A stretch of DNA of 64,000 nt from Botryllus schlosseri (lineage: Eukaryota). Shown here in pieces: positions 58,701 through 64,000 of the stretch. The notes beneath the pieces are model-generated. The model ran no database searches. It was not told the DNA's origin and worked only from the letters and a program-made list of their open reading frames with translations. The stretch's first letter is position 1. Every line of letters begins with the position of its first letter. Position numbers and translations under genes: made by a program. The DNA lies in NCBI GenBank assembly GCA_051294905.1, contig CM119378.1, positions 15,438,001-15,502,000 of the forward strand, given 5' to 3'.

Positions 58701-61700
58701 GTGGTTCGAAACGTTTTTGCAGAGCACGGAACCGGCCAGTGAGTGTCACGTATTACTTGGAGGCCGTCGAAAGTAGGCATTGCGGTGCAGGAGTACGATT
58801 AGAAATAATTCCTTACATTTTGGCTTGAATACAAGTAGAAATGGTGATTTTCGAGGCATGTGCTAAAACTACTTCGAGAAGCGGAAAATAGAAAACTATG
58901 TCAGTGCTGGTTTTCAAAATTTCATTTCTTCCTAGTCTCCCTGAGAACTACTGTAGGCGATGGATATAGGCGCAATTTATAGGTATTATAATCAGTTACT
59001 GCCGTGTGATGTTCGCATTGCAAATCAATCCGAATACTGTACACTCGACATTGCGTAAAACTTTTCGAATACGAGACACGAATTCAACTCCAAATCTGAA
59101 ATTGAAGTCGTATCATATCCAAGTCCTAACCCTGTAATTGAAAAGTATATTCATATTGAAATGAACCCGAATATATTTGGCTGCCACTCATCAGTTGTGA
59201 TCGTCAGCAGCTAGTAGAGATTTCAAATCAACCTTCTATATCAACAATTAGATCACAATGTTTTTTCCAATTCTCTACTAGATTCTGACAATTACCCGTG
59301 ACGAGTGTCAGCCGAAAATATTCGGGTTCATTTCAATACGAATATACTCTTCAATTGTATGTTGATAGTCCTGTACCTCCAAGAATCATTCAAATAAATC
59401 TTGTAACGGCGGAAATTTGTTCAAAAGTCCAATGGAAATTGAAAATGATCAGAAATTTCCAGTAAATATCCCAATCCCGCCGTGAAAGAATCGTAAATCT
59501 GACCAAAATCACCAAATCTGTTTCTTTCAAATCAAAATCGATGCTGTAATTTGCTCTTAAAACCTGTCGAAATAGTCTATAAACGGACTTTAAAAATGTA
59601 GAAGCTCCCTGTCACTGACCTGACCTTTTACACTCGGACACGTATTTTCAGCCTGGTGGTGCAGTTCTACGTCACCCTGGAAAGCGGCGACGCCATGCTC
59701 GCCTCTGAAATAGTCTACTTGCTCAACTCGAAGCTGAAGCACGACGTGGAATTTTTGGAGTTCAAATTCATCAGGGCGGAGACTTACGGTACGTCGCGCC
59801 CTATTGACTGACTGAGTCTCGTCATTGACGACCGAATTTTTGTTTAGTCTGCGAGAACGATTGTTCGGGACACGGACGGTGCCGGTCCGGGTCGCATGAG
59901 TGTGAATGCGACGTGTTTTGGATGGAGAATTTCTTCAGGGTATATATGGGCGATGGAAAGAGAAACTGTGGTGAGTTGAATTTTGCGTTGACGCGTATCG
60001 ATACGAAATGTTTGGAGAGTACGTATATGGAATCAGAGTTTCCGCTATCTTCATCTATTCAATGTGGTATGTGAGACACAATGCGGTACAACAAACTCAT
60101 ATCAAAATGTCGGAAAGACCACGTATGGTTGTCAATCTAACATCTACTGGTATACCTAGTATTTATACCCAATGTACCAGTGTTAGATCTCGACCTTTCG
60201 ACTTTTGACGCATTCCCATTTCAGATTGGAGCGTCATGTACACTGGGATTGTGATTTTCATCCTGATTACGGCGATAAGCTGCATCATCTGGTTCCTCAC
60301 TTGCTACTGTTTAAGGTTTGTAAATCCTGCGTGCCGATATTAATACCGCTGTGTCCTATCTTATACACGACGATTGATTTTTGTGGCAAAGAATATTCGC
60401 CTTGTCATGGTAATAATTCTAATTATAGAAAGAAGGGATTAAAGAAGCCGGTCCCGAGAAGACGCAAAACCAAGACGCACGACAAGGCGCGTTACGAGAA
60501 GATACCGCTGAAACCGCACAGGAACGGTTATGCCAGAAAAAGTATGTTGAATTATGCGGAGTCGGTCAGTAACCAAATGCTTTCTCTTTGGGAGTAGCAG
60601 AGTTGATTTACGCAAGTGGAGTATTTCCACTTTTGGAGTAGTTACACATTTACTAAACAATATTTTAGGGAATCTGACTTACTTTCACACTTCTAAAAAG
60701 CGGGAAGTAGTTTTGAACGGCATTTGTATCACTTTCATGCGTCAAACTGTCACAAAAGCCACATGAAATCGTCGCCCGTATCACAGTAACGGAATAAATA
60801 TATTTCGAACATTTCCCATATTCGTGTCATTACTTCGTTTGCTTTCGTCGCGAAGATGCACACTGCAATTTCAAATGAAACTACCACACCGATTAGCTGC
60901 TAAAAAGCAGGGTCGTAATCAAGTCACAATTCAATCTCACTTTTGTAGTTTTGACTCGAGTCACGTCTAGTCATTTTCAATTCACCACCGAGTCATAGTG
61001 TTTTGACTCGAGTTCCATTTTCAGATCAATCCGGTTCAAGACCTTTTTTTTTAGCTCTGCTCGAGTGATATAGAATGGCTCGCATTCGTAATATCGTAAT
61101 TTTCCGCACTTTGAACAGTTTCTGGCCCTATTTTCCGAGCATCAGGAGTGATAGACGAAATACCGATGACGGGGTAACTTTACTATTCTTCGAAGTTACA
61201 ATGAAATGTCTGTCCTGACCGTCCTAGTCTCGAGTCGTATGACTCGGCTCGAGTCGTGCACAGTGACTCGAGTACAAATCGAGTCAATACAAAAATTGAC
61301 TCGAGTCGAGTCATTTTAAAAAATAACTCGAGTCAAGTTGAGTCACCAAAACGTCGCGACTCAAGTCATTACAACCCTGCTAAAGTGCTAAAAGCATGCG
61401 ACACCTGATCAAATCTACTTATTGAAACTACTTACTCTAGTACTCCTACTTTGTCGGGAGGGCTCATGTAGGTTTGCCTACTCAAGGCAAAACTGGTCGT
61501 TGAATATTTACTTTTTTACTTGGTCCGACCGAGGTCGACTTCAGAATTCCTATACCTAACTGTTGGAGGTTTATTTTGGCTCCTCCTTGTCACCTCGTCC
61601 GCGTAAGGGGTGTCTTACAAAAAGCCTAGAAGTGGGCCGTGCTATAAGTCGGCAGTTACGGAATCAAAATGAAGAATATCGGCCTGGTGTAAATGACCAT

Positions 61701-62640
61701 AGTGGTCGACAAACACCATGAATACCTCAAAAAACAAAACTTGCTTATTAACTTACTCGTAAATTGTTATTACTACTTGTGCTCGATTCGAAATTTACGA
61801 AGTTACTTCTACATTACTAGCAAGCAACGATGACTAATTATACCAGCTCTGCTTGTAACCGAGTGCAAATTTGGGCAGTTACTTCAGCTTCCAGTCGGGT
61901 AGCAACATTGACTACTTTTACCACCTCAGCTTTTCCAAAAAATTAGATTAGAATTATAGTTACACAGTTTTTTTTTTCAAATTAGACTAGAATTAGAATT
62001 AGAATTACAGCTAAACAGTTTTATTCCAAACACATTAGAATTAGAATTACTGAATTCGTGAAAACTTGGAAATTTATTCAAGTTGACTTCATATCAAATC
62101 AACAGTTTCTTACCCATTGAGATTGGCAAATGTATGTACAGCAAGATTGGCTGTATCCGCACTTTACAGTTATCCTTTAACATTAGCTGGAAATCCAGCA
62201 TAGAAACATTTGTCGAATGAGATTACCGCTATTTCGCTCTAATGAGTCTAATTAGACAACGAGAATTTATCTAGCTGTGTTCAAGTCTGGTTGACATACC
62301 ATTAATAAGCATCTTCTTCACAGACGGCATCCGCGCGCAAGCCGCCTTCAAGTCTAGCAGCCTAATGCGCAGCGTCTCATCGTCCACGTCGACGCTATCC
62401 GACAGCGACGCGACCAAGGAAAACACGCTCTTCGAGCGTAAAAGACTTTTGGTGAACGGCGGCGGAAAGTTCAACGGCGCCTTCGACCTCGACGCCAACC
62501 CGACGAAATCCACGCTGCGAAAAAACTCTTCGTTCGCGCGCAACGGGAACAACTCCTCCGCCAAGGAGGTGAACGCGGCTTTCGGACATCAGAGCACGGT
62601 ACTGACTGTCGGCGATAGCACCGGCGAGGAGGTGTTGTGA
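43791..62640 (+). CDS. KIAA0319: KIAA0319/KIAA0319L(AAVR)-family type I membrane receptor, 1000 aa, 21 coding exons
   Basis: Exons: 43791-43878, 44153-44307, 44370-44469, 44716-44889, 45190(or 45172)-45363, 45479-45603, 46985-47138, 47831-47937, 50975-51083, 52195-52358, 53768-53890, 54827-54972, 55207-55358, 56795-56940, 57494-57652, 58593-58738, 59652-59788, 59848-59970, 60225-60315, 60429-60541, 62324-62640. All introns are GT-AG, all phases are compatible, total 3003 nt. Domain order: signal peptide, Cys-rich MANSC-like domain, S/T-rich stalk, five PKD domains (NxPPxAxAG..DGSxSxDD..YxW..GxYxFxLTVTD), juxtamembrane domain, CENDCSGHGRC..CECDVFWMEN module, TM (WSVMYTGIVIFILITAISCIIWFLTCYCL), basic cytoplasmic tail. 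Confidence 0.92.
46335..46800 (-). mobile_element. Decayed LINE 3' fragment within intron 6 of the KIAA0319-like gene
   Basis: Minus-strand KIMTLYVLPRYCITGAW resembles the ORF2 C-terminal LPxLxYCxxxW motif and is followed by AATAAA and a (GA)n tail at ~46335-46378. Confidence 0.35.
55455..55960. repeat. Minisatellite with 130-bp higher-order unit built from three ~43-bp subunits
   Basis: AGAATTACAGCTACAAATATT recurs at 55470, 55600 and 55730. Each unit has three related subunits (..CCAAATTAG..TAGAATTAGAATTA(C/T)AGCT..CACAGTT..). Confidence 0.9.
59135..59357. mobile_element. MITE with ~55-bp imperfect TIRs
   Basis: AATTGAAAAGTATATTCATATTGAAATGAACCCGAATATATTTGGCTG (59136-) pairs with CAGCCGAAAATATTCGGGTTCATTTCAATACGAATATACTCTTCAATTG. 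A partial third copy lies at ~20631-20700. Confidence 0.8.
60908..61379. mobile_element. hAT-type MITE (472 bp) with GACTCGAGTC arrays
   Basis: TIR CAGGGTCGTAAT / ATTACAACCCTG; 8-bp flanks CTAAAAAG / CTAAAGTG (6/8). A related fragment lies at ~39970-40035 on the opposite strand. Confidence 0.85.
61523..61740 (+). mobile_element. 5'-truncated copy of the 8864-9144 SINE
   Basis: GTCCGACCGAGGTCGACTTC..GGAGGTTTATTTTGGCTCCTCC..CCTAGAAGTGGGCCGTGCTA..GGCCTGGTGTAAATGACCATAG..CACCATGAATACC plus an A-rich tail. Confidence 0.9.
61940..62255 (+). repeat. Second, shorter copy of the minisatellite-bearing repeat at 55455-56190
   Basis: The same subunits are followed by shared unique sequence (GCAAATGT(C/A)TGTACAGCAAG(C/A)TTGGCT; ATTTCG(T/C)TCTAAT(T/G)AGTCTAAT). 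Confidence 0.75.
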
Positions 62641-63168
62641 TGTTTTACCGGGGAACAGTGTTTCCGTGTTGTCAGAGTCTTTTGTTTTGATTTAGTTTCG
62701 AAAAAGTGCAATTTTTGAATGTTTTCTGAACTGTGTCGTTGGATTTTTCTCCGAGGAAATTCTCGGTCATTCAGGAGGTGTCTGTTCAACATTCCGGGCC
62801 CTACCTCGGCTCTACGCCGAATAAGACATGATTTGGAGAGAGTTCTAATTTGGAGGAGCAATCACGGAATCGGAACAATCAGTATGAATAGTGACATCGC
62901 AATCTCATAGCGCACCGTCACTTCAAATCGATAGAGTTGGAAGCCATATCTTAATTGCAATGGCCAGTTTGATGACCTCGTAACTTCGTTAAGAAATGGG
63001 ACGCGTAACGTATCGTCACCATAATCGGAATATCTTGAATCAAATACGTATATTGCAAGGAACGTAACCCTTGAGTGTGTACTAGTCCGTGTTCACTACC
63101 GTTTTTCTTGCCAAAATTCTCATGTTATCGCGTCATTGCAGCGCTAAACATCATAACTTGACAACTAC

Positions 63169-63174
63169 AATAAA
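63169..63174 (+). terminator. Candidate polyadenylation signal of the KIAA0319-like gene
   Basis: First AATAAA noticed downstream of the stop codon (~530 nt), followed by U/G-rich sequence. Confidence 0.3.
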
Positions 63175-64000
63175 CGTTACCTATACAATTGCGACTGTGC
63201 GCCTACGTTGAAGCCCTGGACACATCGTATCTTCGAGTCGACGGATTTTGATTGATTTTGCCCGTCTCTGTGGTATTTCATGCTTCGATTGTTCTAGGCG
63301 ACACTTTGATATTCAAAGGGTATATCGCGAAACAGCAGCCAGTGCAAAAAGCATCATTCGTCTGAAGTTGTTCCGCAATGGATGTCAGTTTCGTGACAAT
63401 GACGCTATCACCACGATGTAACGTCCTTTTTCTGACTTTTGATCCTAGCTGATTGTGGCTTATGTCAGCCACGTATGATTTTGATAGCATTTCATGATTA
63501 TGATATAATATATTGAATGAAGATTGCTATTTACGAAGAGAGTTGTATGAATATTATTGTATGTCCTGAACTAGCGTAATCACTGTACACTGTACAGTTA
63601 CCCTTGCGTGTCCGTAGTTGTGGCTACGACACTCGTATTTTCTCGGGGCACAGGAGATTGTGCTCTCAGCGTTTCTATCTTGTTATTGCTCGAAAGCCAA
63701 ATTATAGTCTAGCGTTGAATTTCGTCTCGGTAGCATTGTGGGTACTTTTTTGCATTCTTACTTCTTCTTACCGTTCGCGTCCGGCATTCTAATCATCTAG
63801 TGTACTAGAAATGCTTGCTTGTTACATGTTAGTTTGTTATTGCGATTTTGTGACTATTAACTTATATGAGTAAATTACTCGATTCACTGTTTGGCGTTTT
63901 GAGGGTTTGCGTCAGGGTGCAGCGTCAACCCTCCGTATTAACTAGATTCGTTGCCAGGGAATGGTCACAGTCATAAGCGCCGACTTACGCGGTTACGAGG

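Noticed and set aside
55455-61379. CRISPR-like arrays (130-bp minisatellite; GACTCGAGTC arrays)
   Set aside because: No constant repeat with unique spacers, eukaryotic intronic context, no cas genes.

Overview
Eukaryotic (invertebrate animal) genomic DNA; the phylum cannot be fixed from this window. Four protein-coding genes are well supported: (1) an intronless 1409-aa cingulin/paracingulin-family protein (23073-27302, +) with a recognisable ZO-1-interaction motif; (2) a two-exon ATP synthase subunit d (ATP5PD, 34494-36758, -); (3) an intronless mitochondrial SCOT/OXCT1 (41004-42539, +); (4) a 21-exon KIAA0319/KIAA0319L(AAVR)-family receptor (43791-62640, +, 1000 aa), whose exon phases all close when assembled by hand. 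The first 22 kb, the ATP5PD-OXCT1 spacer and the introns are rich in transposon debris: several hAT-type MITEs with 8-bp TSDs, tRNA-derived SINEs, CR1/L2-like LINE 3' ends (some nested), a minisatellite-bearing repeat and a dead C2H2 zinc-finger array. The most notable observations are a cingulin-type junction protein in an invertebrate, two 40-41 bp palindromes with 7-bp TSDs that look like P-element-type excision footprints, and an intron bounded by an exact 11-bp direct repeat (intron-gain signature). No rRNA, bona fide tRNA gene or CRISPR array was found. Homology statements rest on remembered sequences; no database search was run.
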